This document shows positions 1 to 10,256 of a stretch of DNA of 64,000 bases, piece after piece (positions within the stretch are counted from its first letter, which is position 1; each line of letters starts with the position of its first letter). Where the stretch lies: contig JAZNAE010000005.1 of the NCBI GenBank assembly GCA_045586385.1, positions 10,685-74,684 of the forward strand, read 5' to 3'. The notes beneath the pieces are model-generated. The model saw only the letters and a program-made list of their open reading frames with translations, ran no database searches and was not told the DNA's origin. The translations under genes and the position numbers were made by a program. The stretch is from Lachnospiraceae bacterium (GTDB lineage: Bacteria > Bacillota > Clostridia > Lachnospirales > Lachnospiraceae).

Positions 1-824
1 TAAGAGAAATGTTCCTTAGTAAGGGATTTAATGATTTCCTTGCGAAACCTATTGAAATAGGAGTTCTTGATAGAATGCTACGTACATGGTTGCCGAAAGA
101 ATATCTTGTATCAACATCTGCGATAATGCTGCAAGAGGGATGGATGATAGAAGCAGTCAACCAAAATGCAAAGGATGGTGGAACAATAGAGAAATCGTTT
201 GCCGGAGGTCCGGTTGATTATGAAAAAGGATTGCTTTTTTCCGGTGGAGATAAAGAAAACTATTTTGAAATTTTGGATGTATATGTACTTAGCAGTAAAA
301 AATACAAAGAAGCACTCATATTACACTATGAAACCCAGGATTGGGGAAAATACATTATAGAAATTCATGCACTGAAGAGTTCTTCTTTAAGTATCGGGGC
401 TCAGGAACTTTCCGAACAGGCAAAGAACTTGGAATTGGCAGGAAAAGAAGGTCGGTATGAAGATATTTCCAAACGTCATCCGGTAGCTATGAAACTTTAT
501 GATGAAGTGGTTAAGAATATCAGGCTGTATCTGCAAAAGTCCGGATATCATGATAAGGAACAACAGGAAATGTCATCGCAAGATAAGAAAGATATTTCCA
601 TGGAGCAATTTTCAGAGTCAGTTCAAAAAATCAGGGAAGCCTGTGAAAACTTTGAAAGTGATGCAGTTGCAGAGTTGGCAGGAAGCTTATGCGGATGTAG
701 AGTGAACGGCGTTTTACTGTCTGAATATTTTGCAGATATCAAACAATATGCGGAAGACTATGAGTATGAACAGGCGCTGGATGCAATTAAAAAGGCGGAA
801 GCATGCATTAAGGGAGATGTATAA
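1..824 (+). CDS. C-terminal part of a hybrid sensor kinase/response regulator: end of receiver domain + Hpt domain + helical tail (5' end cut by window edge)
   Basis: Frame is open to the window edge; FLSKGFNDFLAKPI is typical of a receiver C-terminus; IHALKSSSLSIGA is the Hpt phospho-His motif. Confidence 0.75.
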   Translation, partial: REMFLSKGFNDFLAKPIEIGVLDRMLRTWLPKEYLVSTSAIMLQEGWMIEAVNQNAKDGGTIEKSFAGGPVDYEKGLLFSGGDKENYFEILDVYVLSSKKYKEALILHYETQDWGKYIIEIHALKSSSLSIGAQELSEQAKNLELAGKEGRYEDISKRHPVAMKLYDEVVKNIRLYLQKSGYHDKEQQEMSSQDKKDISMEQFSESVQKIREACENFESDAVAELAGSLCGCRVNGVLLSEYFADIKQYAEDYEYEQALDAIKKAEACIKGDV

Positions 825-1672
825 TGGAAAAATTAGGGATAACATCAGACTGTACCTGTGATATGTCAGAGGAATTGTTGGAACAATATGGGGTGGAAGT
901 AATCTATTTTTATGTTAATACCGACCATGGTAGTTTTAAAGACATGCAGGAAATAACAGCATCTAATGTGGTAGAATATTTTGAAAACGGCGGAAAGCAG
1001 ATTAGTACTGTGGCTCCGGCAGTTTATGAGTATGCGGATTTTTTTGAAAAGATGCTACATAAATATGAACAGATTATCCATGTTACAATTTGTGCGACAC
1101 TTAGTAAATCATATGGGAATGCACTTGCTGCCGCACAGAGGTTTGATGGAAGAGTAAAGGTATTTGATACCGGTCATTTGTCTACGGGAATAGCCCATTT
1201 TGTAATCCGTGCAGTGGAGATGGTACGTGAAGGGAAGGCAGCAGATGAGATAATAGAGACTTTGGATAATATGAGAAATAAAGTATCCACCAGCTTTATT
1301 GCAGAAAATGCAGATTACCTTTATCGGACCGGCAGAGTAAATAAATTTGTGAAGTTTGCATGTTCAACCTTTAAGATTCATCCGGTACTTTATATGAAAA
1401 ACGGGAATATAAAGGTGAAAACAGTACAAATCGGTGATTATGATAAATCCGTACTAAGCTATGTACGAAAAGAATTATTACGGCCCGGAAAAATAAACAG
1501 AGAGAGAGTTTTTATTACTTATTGTACCTGCCCGGTCAGAGTGTTAAATAAAATCAAAAAGCAGGTGAAAGAAATTTGCTCTTTTGATGAAGTATTGGAA
1601 GCTACAGCATCAGCAACCATTACCAGTAACTGTGGGGCCAATACAGTGGGTGTCTTATTTGTAAGAAAATAA
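824..1672 (+). CDS. DegV/FakB-family fatty-acid-binding protein
   Basis: ITSDCTCD N-terminus, STxAP, LSxSY, DTGHLS, NCGANTVG motifs; start overlaps the upstream stop (TAATG). Confidence 0.85.
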   Translation: MEKLGITSDCTCDMSEELLEQYGVEVIYFYVNTDHGSFKDMQEITASNVVEYFENGGKQISTVAPAVYEYADFFEKMLHKYEQIIHVTICATLSKSYGNALAAAQRFDGRVKVFDTGHLSTGIAHFVIRAVEMVREGKAADEIIETLDNMRNKVSTSFIAENADYLYRTGRVNKFVKFACSTFKIHPVLYMKNGNIKVKTVQIGDYDKSVLSYVRKELLRPGKINRERVFITYCTCPVRVLNKIKKQVKEICSFDEVLEATASATITSNCGANTVGVLFVRK

Positions 1673-1722
1673 GATAAAATAAGTGATAGATTGAACTATC
1701 AGAGATTTACGGAGGAAAAGGA

Positions 1723-2640
1723 ATGAAATATCTAATTATTGGGGCAGGAGGCACCGGAGGATGCATGGGTGCCTATATGACACAGGCAGGAAAGGACGTA
1801 ACATTAATTGCCAGAGGGGCACATCTTAAGGCAATGCAGGAAAAAGGGCTTTCCATGGAGATATCCCATAAAGGGAATTATGTAGTGAATCCCATTAAAG
1901 CAACAGATATGGAACATTATAAAGAAAATCCGGATGTTATTTTTGTTTGCGTGAAGGGTTATTCCTTGGAAGATACCGTTCCGTTTATCCGTAAAGTGGC
2001 CAAACCTGAAACAGTTGTGATTCCGGTGCTGAATATTTATGGAACCGGCGGAAAGATGCAAAAAGAATTACCGGAGCTTTTGGTGACTGACGGATGTATT
2101 TACATAGTAGGTTTGATTAAAGAACCGGGATGTCTGGTGCAGAGTGGAAATTTATTCAGAGTAGTTTTCGGTGTGCGTGAAGCATCAGAATATCGCCCGG
2201 TACTGGAAGATATAAAGAATGACTTGGAAGACAGTGGAATTGAATGTGTACTTTCTGACAATATCCGTAAAGATGCCATGCGGAAATTTTCTTATATTTC
2301 ACCGGCAGCAGCCTGTGGACAATATTACGGAGTCGGTTCGGATGACATTCAAAAGCCGGGAGAAATCCGTGATACATTTATAGCGTTAATTAATGAAATT
2401 ATGATTCTTTCCAAAGAAATGGGCATTGTTTTTGAAGAAGATATGGTAAAAACAAATCTTGCGATTATGGATAATCTTGCACCCAAAGTTAAGACGTCCA
2501 TGCAACGGGACGTGGAAGCGGGAAAAAGTTCGGAAATTGACGGGCTTGTTTACTCTGTGGTACGCATGGGAAAGGAATACGGTGTAGAATTACCTGTATA
2601 TCAAAAGATAACGGATAAATTGTCAAAAAGTTACCACTGA
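1723..2640 (+). CDS. Ketopantoate reductase (PanE/ApbA) family oxidoreductase
   Basis: IIGAGGTGG Rossmann motif, VCVKGY, TSMQRD..GK.SEID; RBS GGAGG/AAGGA upstream. Confidence 0.85.
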   Translation: MKYLIIGAGGTGGCMGAYMTQAGKDVTLIARGAHLKAMQEKGLSMEISHKGNYVVNPIKATDMEHYKENPDVIFVCVKGYSLEDTVPFIRKVAKPETVVIPVLNIYGTGGKMQKELPELLVTDGCIYIVGLIKEPGCLVQSGNLFRVVFGVREASEYRPVLEDIKNDLEDSGIECVLSDNIRKDAMRKFSYISPAAACGQYYGVGSDDIQKPGEIRDTFIALINEIMILSKEMGIVFEEDMVKTNLAIMDNLAPKVKTSMQRDVEAGKSSEIDGLVYSVVRMGKEYGVELPVYQKITDKLSKSYH

Positions 2641-4163
2641 TTCCATACAAAGAGGATAACTGTAAGTAGGACAATCAAAGCAAGGAATCCATACTGCATA
2701 ATTGCAGCAAAGATATGATGAGCTTTAGATTGCATGCGGGGCTTGTCGGATAACTGCAATAGTGAAATTGCAGTAAAGAGAAGACCGATTACAACATAGC
2801 GATAATTTGCGCTACAGGTAAACGGATATTTTGCCACAAATAAGATAAATGTAATTACAACAAGTACATAACCTGTCATTAAAAAGGTGCCGAGTTCTTT
2901 GTTCCCTTTTTTGATTTCGCGGATTTGCATGATGATGGTTACAACAAAGAAGATTGCACCTAAAATCATGGCAAGTAATAGGCAAATACGACATCCTATC
3001 AGTAAAGCATCCGGAAGTTCAGGGCGTATTTCATCAAAAAGTGAGGTGCGGAAAAGAATCTGCCAGATGTTGCAGATTTGGTCTCCGTATAAGGTGTGGA
3101 ACGGATAATCCAACGCAAGGGAAGGCGTAACACCATAGATATCCCAGAGGGAAAGGTCGCCGATATATTGGATGGACTCTTCCGTCATGGCAGGAACTCC
3201 GGGGTTTGTCTGATAAAACACCAAGTTGCGGATAACCCAGGAAAGTCCGATGCCGGCAGTAATTGCACCGAAAGTGGCAAATTCCTTAATGGATTTCCAG
3301 GTACGTTTGGCCTTGCATTCGGAGATAAAATGAAGAAGGAAGACCATAGCAAGTGGAAATGCCATAACAGCACAGTTTAATTTGGTAATCATACCGAAAC
3401 CGAGAGACAGTGCAATTTTTATCAGGTTAAACAGCGTTTTGTTTTCCATCCATTCCAAACTGAAATAGAAACAGCTGAAAGTAAGGAGTGTGCAGAGCAT
3501 ATCATTATTGACACTTCCTGACATATAAATCATGCCGGGGTGATAGGTGATAAGTGCAACTGCGAGAAACATACACGTGTCGGAACACTTGATTTTTTTG
3601 AAAATACCGTAAGAAACCGGCAGGCATAGTGATGAATACAAAAATGTCAGAGCCTGAATGTTTTCAAAGGCATGGCGTTCATATACACCGAATGCCATTT
3701 GTAAGTCGATAAACAAGCAGGAGATAATGTGATGGAGCGGCGGATGATAATAGGAAAAAAGCTTATAAGGGCTGAAGTTTGGAAGGTGCCCGAATTTGCA
3801 CAAATATTCCACATAGCCTAAATGCCCCGGATTAACCAGATCATCCGATAAGCCGGAAAAATATCCTTCATCATGTTGGCGGTCCGTGACACCTGTAAAT
3901 ACCACATAAAAACTCCGGATGATGACACCGCCTAAAATAATCAGGAGTATTTTATCTTCAGTGCTCAGTTTTTTATAACGCAATAAAAAATAACATAATG
4001 TGATATAGAAAAATAAAACGGATGTATAAACACCGGTTTTCCGTTCGTGACTTAAGTTAATAAATGCAGGAACGGATTGCATCAAGGTGGTGCTGATAAA
4101 GAAAAACAGGATGATTAATAGGGTACGGTATTTTGTGAAAAGTGAAGCAACTTTTGTATTCAT
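2631..4163 (-). CDS. GT-C fold (ArnT/PMT_2-like) polytopic membrane glycosyltransferase
   Basis: Many TM segments; QHDE acidic loop motif, YYHPPLHH, NNDML; start moved to ATG 4163 (GAGGA RBS) from the ORF-track start 4304. Confidence 0.7.
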   Translation of the reverse strand: MNTKVASLFTKYRTLLIILFFFISTTLMQSVPAFINLSHERKTGVYTSVLFFYITLCYFLLRYKKLSTEDKILLIILGGVIIRSFYVVFTGVTDRQHDEGYFSGLSDDLVNPGHLGYVEYLCKFGHLPNFSPYKLFSYYHPPLHHIISCLFIDLQMAFGVYERHAFENIQALTFLYSSLCLPVSYGIFKKIKCSDTCMFLAVALITYHPGMIYMSGSVNNDMLCTLLTFSCFYFSLEWMENKTLFNLIKIALSLGFGMITKLNCAVMAFPLAMVFLLHFISECKAKRTWKSIKEFATFGAITAGIGLSWVIRNLVFYQTNPGVPAMTEESIQYIGDLSLWDIYGVTPSLALDYPFHTLYGDQICNIWQILFRTSLFDEIRPELPDALLIGCRICLLLAMILGAIFFVVTIIMQIREIKKGNKELGTFLMTGYVLVVITFILFVAKYPFTCSANYRYVVIGLLFTAISLLQLSDKPRMQSKAHHIFAAIMQYGFLALIVLLTVILFVWNQW

Positions 4164-4230
4164 ATTATATTCCTCTTTCATAAGTACTACAGATACTATT
4201 ATAGAGAAGTACAAATGTTTTGGCAATACT

Positions 4231-4258
4231 TTGCAAAATAGGAAGGATATGCTATACT
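4231..4258 (+). promoter_or_regulatory. sigmaA-type promoter, probably giving a leaderless mRNA
   Basis: TTGCAA-16-TATACT with extended TG; ATG is 7 nt after the -10 box. Confidence 0.55.
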
Positions 4259-4265
4259 TCACCTT

Positions 4266-5795
4266 ATGAAAGCAAAAATATATAATATAGCAAAAATAAG
4301 ACAAAACAAAATAACGGATATATATCTATCAATACTTTTAATTATTTTAAGTGCAGTGGCTTTTGCCGTGTGTATTGCCCAAGGAATGGGAAATGATATT
4401 TGGTATGATGAAGTTTTTTCTGTGAATTTTTTAAAGTATCATTACGATGAAATTGTGGCCCTTACGGCAGAGGATGTACATCCTCCCTTTTATTATTGGT
4501 ATTTGAAAGCGTTTCATGATATTGGGAAACTGATCATGCCGGGAGTGGCAAGTGAGGTGCTGGCGAAGATGGCATCACTTCTTCCCATGGCCGGTATATG
4601 GGCATATGCATTTACCCTGGTACGTAAGCGAATGGGAATACTCGTGGCAAGTTTGTTTATATTCTTAATAAGTACGATGCCACAGCTTTCCGGATATGCG
4701 GTGGAAATCCGGATGTATTCGCTTGCACTGTTCTGTATTACGGCACTCTTTTTACATAGCTATGAAATTATTTTGGAAAATAAGTTGAGGCATTGGATTA
4801 CTTTCTGGATATATGGAATCGTAACAGCATATATTCAATATTATGCATGCGTAGGCGTTGTAGCTGTATATATTGCCATGTTTGTGTTCTTTTTGATGAC
4901 AAAGAAGAAGCAGCAAATGATATACATTGCCATATGTGCATGCATATCGGTGGTGGCGTATCTCCCGTGGATTCCTTCCTTGATTGCACAGATTACGAAT
5001 GTCAGCAACAGTTATTGGATACAGCCGCTTACCATCAGAAGCATTTTCGGTTGCATGAAATTTGTATTTTTACCGGTTTTTTATGCATCGGTTAAGAAGT
5101 ATGTTTTGGCGGTTATGATGATAGCCGCATTTGGATTTGCTTATTGCTTTGCACTTGTGAAAGAGAAAAATAAGGAAGGCAGATACCTGATTTTAACGGG
5201 CGTGTTTATACCTGTATTTATAGCGTTTACAGGATTTGTGGCTTCTGCGTTAAATCGCCCTATTTTTGTATATCGTTATCTGATTCCGGGACTGGGGGCC
5301 ATGTGGCTTGTGGCGGCATATGTACTGCTAAAGTATCGCAGGGAGATGATAATGTTGCTTATGCTGATTCCATTTTTGCTTGGTGGGCAGTCCAATATGG
5401 AGAGTTTTTATGCAGATGAGCAGATAAAAACGGAAAACATGGAGATGACAAACATCCTTTTGGAAGAGTTTCCGGAAGATGCAGTAGTTCTTTGTAATTT
5501 CAATCATGTACAGGCAATTGCGGCACATTATCTGGATAATGATATTGTATTGTATGGAGGCACGCCGGAAAGTCTGATTGCGAAAATGCTGCCGAATTGT
5601 AAAGAAATGCCTGATGTGTTACAGATTCAGCAGTTGGTGCAGAAAAATGATGTGTATTTTTTTGGTAGTTTTAATGCAAGAGAAGAACTATTGAAAGAAT
5701 GGGAGCAATACGGAATTGCCTATACAGAAGAGGGAACATATTTGCTTGAACGTTATTGGTTTAATGTATATCACTTAAAATACGAAGGTGAATGA
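4266..5795 (+). CDS. GT-C fold (PMT_2/GT39-like) membrane glycosyltransferase
   Basis: IWYDE after TM1, DVHPPFYY, EIRMYSL, about 11 TM segments, soluble C-terminal domain. Confidence 0.75.
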   Translation: MKAKIYNIAKIRQNKITDIYLSILLIILSAVAFAVCIAQGMGNDIWYDEVFSVNFLKYHYDEIVALTAEDVHPPFYYWYLKAFHDIGKLIMPGVASEVLAKMASLLPMAGIWAYAFTLVRKRMGILVASLFIFLISTMPQLSGYAVEIRMYSLALFCITALFLHSYEIILENKLRHWITFWIYGIVTAYIQYYACVGVVAVYIAMFVFFLMTKKKQQMIYIAICACISVVAYLPWIPSLIAQITNVSNSYWIQPLTIRSIFGCMKFVFLPVFYASVKKYVLAVMMIAAFGFAYCFALVKEKNKEGRYLILTGVFIPVFIAFTGFVASALNRPIFVYRYLIPGLGAMWLVAAYVLLKYRREMIMLLMLIPFLLGGQSNMESFYADEQIKTENMEMTNILLEEFPEDAVVLCNFNHVQAIAAHYLDNDIVLYGGTPESLIAKMLPNCKEMPDVLQIQQLVQKNDVYFFGSFNAREELLKEWEQYGIAYTEEGTYLLERYWFNVYHLKYEGE

Positions 5796-7354
5796 GGTCA
5801 AAGAAGATTTTTATGGGAAAATGCAGACAGTTTATAAAAGAGAATAGAATATTTAGTATATTTTTTGCGGTGATGGTGAGTTACTATGCATACAATATGT
5901 TTGTCATAAAACCATGGTATGATGAACTATATACTTATTATTTTTTTGTATCCAGAGGTCCTGTCTATTCGGCAATTCATTGGCCGGTTCCCAATAATCA
6001 TGTATTTTATTCCGTTCTATCTGCTTTTTTGGATTATTTGGGGAATTCCTATATTGGGCTTAGGGGGATTTCGTTTGTTGCAGCTTGTGCAAATATGGTA
6101 CTGCTGTATAAACTGGCGGATAAATTTATGAATCGTTACATGGCGGCAGGTTGCACATTTTTATATGTGGCAGTATGGCAGGTCAATAATTTGTCCGTGC
6201 AGGGAAGAGGATATACCTTGTCCATTATGTTTTATCTCGTGGCATTACATTGTTTATATCGTATCTGCCTCGAAACGGCAGGAAAACGGGAGTATATTGT
6301 ATATGCAATCAGCTTGACAGGCGGATTGTACGCGCTGATTAGTTCTACCTTCTGGGTAATTCCGGTATGTATAGTAGGCGGATTCGTTTTACTTTTTCAG
6401 AAAAAATATAAGACATTATACAAATTAGTTGTGGCTTCTATAGTAGCAGCTGTAATGACATTTTGTTTATATACATTAATTTGGCTGGCAATCGGGTCAA
6501 ACTTAATGTCTAAAGACCCTGCCAGTGTATATTATGGTGTTTATCAAGTGAAAGTTATTTTGAAAGCACCTTTTGAAGCAATGCGTACAGGTATGGAATA
6601 TATGCTGGCAACACCGTATATTCAGGGCGATGAAAGAAGTTATATTGTTAAAGAATTGTTTCATTATTTTACCGGACTTTTTCATTTGTTCTACGCCAAT
6701 TTAGGCTATTTTCTGACTGCTTTTTGGGGGATTACGGGAATTGTGGCATTGGTGTATGCTGTGAAAAACCGCAAAAAGGATTTTTCGAAATGGTTTTGCG
6801 GAATATATCTTGCAGTTACCGTTATGATGGTGCCGGTCATGTTGATTATACAAAGCGTGCAACCTTATTACCGTGTGTTTACCTTTTTGGGAGTGCCGGT
6901 TGCGTTATCAATGGCATGGGAACTTGCGCAGCTTATAAATGCGAGAAAAAGGACAGAATTATACAGTAAAATCTGTTGTGTGGTTATGTTGCTTGTCTGT
7001 GTATATTTCTTACTCGGGGAAGGATACAACTATCAATATGCCGCGAGGGAAAATGAAATTGCGGAAATATTGGATAATGATGCAGAGACGATGGAATCCA
7101 TCTGTTATCTGGATGATTATCAGAAATATGTAATTAAATTTTATTATGGTAAGGAACCGGCAGAGGTACCGATAGAGCAGGCACAATATATTTTGTTGCC
7201 CAAAGAGTTATATGATGAAACTTATGTAACTCCAATCTGGCCTACCATTTATAACCATGATGGAATTGATTTTAGTTATTTGACCCAAAATTTTTCGTTG
7301 ATCAAGGAAAGTACTTCTTATGAGTTGTACAGAAGAAAAGGTGCAACACCATAA
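5792..7354 (+). CDS. GT-C fold membrane glycosyltransferase-like protein
   Basis: PWYDE..Y, PNNH, RGY motifs; polytopic; ATGA overlap with the upstream gene. Confidence 0.65.
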   Translation: MRSKKIFMGKCRQFIKENRIFSIFFAVMVSYYAYNMFVIKPWYDELYTYYFFVSRGPVYSAIHWPVPNNHVFYSVLSAFLDYLGNSYIGLRGISFVAACANMVLLYKLADKFMNRYMAAGCTFLYVAVWQVNNLSVQGRGYTLSIMFYLVALHCLYRICLETAGKREYIVYAISLTGGLYALISSTFWVIPVCIVGGFVLLFQKKYKTLYKLVVASIVAAVMTFCLYTLIWLAIGSNLMSKDPASVYYGVYQVKVILKAPFEAMRTGMEYMLATPYIQGDERSYIVKELFHYFTGLFHLFYANLGYFLTAFWGITGIVALVYAVKNRKKDFSKWFCGIYLAVTVMMVPVMLIIQSVQPYYRVFTFLGVPVALSMAWELAQLINARKRTELYSKICCVVMLLVCVYFLLGEGYNYQYAARENEIAEILDNDAETMESICYLDDYQKYVIKFYYGKEPAEVPIEQAQYILLPKELYDETYVTPIWPTIYNHDGIDFSYLTQNFSLIKESTSYELYRRKGATP

Positions 7355-7433
7355 CTTTTTATGCATTGGAAAAGAAGTCCTGCAAATAATGACGGACGGC
7401 ATGATGAATGATATAAAAAACTTGTATTCGTGT

Positions 7434-7462
7434 TTGCTATTTCCATAAGTTCTTGTTATACT
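7434..7462 (+). promoter_or_regulatory. sigmaA promoter for manC-ugd
   Basis: TTGCTA-17-TATACT with extended TG. Confidence 0.65.
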
Positions 7463-7500
7463 GTGCAAAGAAATAATAAAAAAGATTGAGAGACAGAAAA

Positions 7501-8811
7501 ATGAATATAATTTTATTATCCGGCGGTAGCGGAAAGCGTTTGTGGCCGCTATCTAATGACATTCGATCCAAACAGTTTATTAAAATATTTAAAACACAGG
7601 ATGGTGAATATGAATCCATGGTGCAGAGAGTTTACAGACAGATTCGCTCCGTGGATCAGGATGCAACCGTAACGATAGCAACCTCTAAGACACAGGTTTC
7701 ATCCATTCATAATCAGCTTGGAAGTGGCGTGGGCGTTTGTGTAGAACCTTGCAGAAGAGATACTTTTCCGGCTATAGCGCTTGCCACCACTTATTTGCAT
7801 GATGTGATGGGCGTGCCGGAGGATGAGTCTGTTGTCGTTTGCCCCGTGGACCCTTATGTGAACCGGGATTATTTTGAGGCAGTACAGAAACTTGGCGAAC
7901 TTGCAAAAACGGGAGACGCCAATTTGGTTTTAATGGGGATTGAACCTACCTATCCCAGCGAAAAATATGGGTATATTATTCCGGAAGGCAAGGAAAATGT
8001 CAGCAAGGTGCAGACCTTTAAAGAAAAGCCGGATGAGGAAACCGCAAAGAGTTACATTGCACAAGGGGCGCTTTGGAACGGCGGCGTTTTTGCATACAAA
8101 TTGAAATATGTACTGCAAAAGGCACATGAACTGATTGATTATACAGATTATCATGATTTATTCCTTAAGTATGAAAGTCTTAATAAAATAAGCTTTGACT
8201 ATGCGGTGGTAGAGAAGGAAGATAACATTCAGGTAATGCGCTTCTCCGGACAGTGGAAGGATTTAGGGACATGGAATACCTTGACAGAAGCAATGGAAGA
8301 AGCAAGCATCGGAGAGGCTATTTTGAATGACAGGTGTGAAAATGTGCATGTCATTAACGAATTGGATGTGCCGATTCTTTGTATGGGACTTAAGGATGTG
8401 GTGGTATCTGCCAGTGCGGAAGGTATTTTGGTATCCGATAAGGACCAATCCAGTTATATTAAGCCTTTTGTAGATAAAATAGATAAGCAGATTATGTTTG
8501 CGGACAAGTCATGGGGGAATTTTAGGGTACTTGATGTAGAAGAAGAAAGCATGACCATCAAGGTTACCTTAAATCCGGGACATGGTATGAATTATCACAG
8601 CCATGCAAGAAGAGATGAAGTCTGGAATGTGATTTCCGGAAGCGGAAGAGCTGTTATTGACGGTCAGAGCATGCAGGTAAAGGCCGGGGATGTACTTACC
8701 ATGCAGGCAGGCTGTAAGCATACGATTTTTGCCGAGACAGAACTGAAGATGATAGAAGTACAGCTTGGTAGGGATATTTCCGTGCATGATAAGAAAAAGC
8801 ATGAATTATAA
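7501..8811 (+). CDS. manC: Mannose-1-phosphate guanylyltransferase with C-terminal cupin (PMI) domain
   Basis: ILLSGGSGKRLWPLS, EKYGYI, WNGG, ISFDYAV, W.DLGTW; C-terminal KSWG...YHSH..R.E.W cupin; ATG 7501 preferred to the ORF-track start. Confidence 0.85.
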   Translation: MNIILLSGGSGKRLWPLSNDIRSKQFIKIFKTQDGEYESMVQRVYRQIRSVDQDATVTIATSKTQVSSIHNQLGSGVGVCVEPCRRDTFPAIALATTYLHDVMGVPEDESVVVCPVDPYVNRDYFEAVQKLGELAKTGDANLVLMGIEPTYPSEKYGYIIPEGKENVSKVQTFKEKPDEETAKSYIAQGALWNGGVFAYKLKYVLQKAHELIDYTDYHDLFLKYESLNKISFDYAVVEKEDNIQVMRFSGQWKDLGTWNTLTEAMEEASIGEAILNDRCENVHVINELDVPILCMGLKDVVVSASAEGILVSDKDQSSYIKPFVDKIDKQIMFADKSWGNFRVLDVEEESMTIKVTLNPGHGMNYHSHARRDEVWNVISGSGRAVIDGQSMQVKAGDVLTMQAGCKHTIFAETELKMIEVQLGRDISVHDKKKHEL

Positions 8812-8832
8812 AAAGTGTGAGGTATAAACAGG

Positions 8833-10143
8833 ATGAAAATAGCAGTAGCAGGAACCGGTTATGTAGGTTTGGTCGCAGGTGTATGTTTTGCGGAAATGGG
8901 ATATGACGTAACCTGCGTGGATGTGGACGAAAAGAAAGTGGAGACCATGCGTCAGGGAATATCACCCATCTACGAAGACGGATTGGAAGAATTGATGCAG
9001 AAGAACAATGCAAGAGGAACTTTGCATTATACAACAGATTATAAGGCCGCATATAAAGACGCCGATGCCATTTTTATCGGAGTGGGAACACCTGAGATGC
9101 CGGACGGAAGTGCAAACTTAAGTTACATTGCTACAGTTTCCAGGCAGATTGCCGAAAATGTTGAAAAAGACTGTCTTGTAGTGGTGAAGTCTACGGTGCC
9201 TGTGGGAACAAATGATAAAGTAGAACAGTTTATTAAAGATTTCCTGGTGCATGATGTAAGAGTGGAGGTCGCATCCAATCCGGAATTTTTGGCACAGGGT
9301 ACGGCAGTTCATGATACGCTTCATGCAGCGAGAATTATTATCGGAACGGAAAGTAAAGAAGCAGAAGCTCTTCTTATGAAAATATATGAACCTTTTGGAA
9401 TTCCTATCGTATCCGTAAAGAGACGTTCCGCAGAAATGATTAAATATGCAAGCAATGATTTTCTTGCATTAAAGATTTCTTATATGAATGATATTGCAAA
9501 CTTGTGTGAGCTGGTTGGTGCTGACATTACCGATGTTGCAAAAGGGATGAGCTATGATGAGAGAATCGGTTCCAGATTTTTAAATGCCGGGATCGGATAT
9601 GGTGGCAGTTGTTTTCCGAAGGATACCAAAGCACTTAAGTTTCTTGCAAAGGAACACGGGTATCAGCTTCGTACAGTAGAAGCCTGTGTGGCGGTAAATG
9701 CAGATCAGAAAACCCGTTTGTTTGAAAAAGCAAAAGAACGAATGATTTCTTTCAGCGGACTGAAAGTGGCAGTTCTTGGTCTTACCTTTAAAGCGGGAAC
9801 TGATGATTTGAGAGAAGCACCTTCCATTGACAACATTAAACTGCTTTTAGAAAACGGAGCAGATATTTATGCCTTTGACCCGAAAGGTACTGCGAGAGCA
9901 AAGCAGATTTTTCCGGAAGGAAAGGCAGATAAAGGAACCATGAATTATGTATCTTCTCCGAAAGAAGCATTGGACGGTGCCAACATTTGTTTTGTATTTA
10001 CCGAATGGAAAGAAATGAAGGAACTTACGCCTGCACAGTTTAAAGAATATATGCATACACCGCTTGTGTACGACGGACGTAATCTTTATGTACCGGATGA
10101 AATGAAACAGGCAGGAGTGGAATATTACAGCATAGGAAGATAA
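8833..10143 (+). CDS. ugd: UDP-glucose/GDP-mannose 6-dehydrogenase family
   Basis: GTGYVGL, VVKSTVP.GT, SNPEFL, GYGGSCFPKD, LGLTFK..TDDLRE, DGRN. Confidence 0.92.
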   Translation: MKIAVAGTGYVGLVAGVCFAEMGYDVTCVDVDEKKVETMRQGISPIYEDGLEELMQKNNARGTLHYTTDYKAAYKDADAIFIGVGTPEMPDGSANLSYIATVSRQIAENVEKDCLVVVKSTVPVGTNDKVEQFIKDFLVHDVRVEVASNPEFLAQGTAVHDTLHAARIIIGTESKEAEALLMKIYEPFGIPIVSVKRRSAEMIKYASNDFLALKISYMNDIANLCELVGADITDVAKGMSYDERIGSRFLNAGIGYGGSCFPKDTKALKFLAKEHGYQLRTVEACVAVNADQKTRLFEKAKERMISFSGLKVAVLGLTFKAGTDDLREAPSIDNIKLLLENGADIYAFDPKGTARAKQIFPEGKADKGTMNYVSSPKEALDGANICFVFTEWKEMKELTPAQFKEYMHTPLVYDGRNLYVPDEMKQAGVEYYSIGR

Positions 10144-10170
10144 TTTTTTAGAAAATTTTAGAAAATACTA

Positions 10171-10199
10171 TTGCTTTCCTAAAAAAACGGTGCTAATAT
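10171..10199 (+). promoter_or_regulatory. sigmaA promoter of the rimP-nusA-infB operon
   Basis: TTGCTT-17-TAATAT with extended TG. Confidence 0.65.
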
Positions 10200-10226
10200 A
10201 AAGAAGAATTAAATAATGATTACTGG

Positions 10227-10256
10227 AAAGTGGACTGGCAAGTCCACTTTTTTGTT
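10227..10256 (+). terminator. Intrinsic terminator/attenuator in the rimP leader
   Basis: AAAGTGGACT-ggca-AGTCCACTTT followed by TTTGTT, between promoter and rimP start. Confidence 0.7.

Noticed and set aside
2631-2640. Convergent 10-bp overlap of the panE-like and GT-C genes
   Set aside because: Short tail-to-tail overlaps are common and carry no further signal
10146-10167. Direct repeat TTTTAGAAAA x2 before the rimP promoter
   Set aside because: AT-rich UP-element-like sequence; no evidence for a specific binding site
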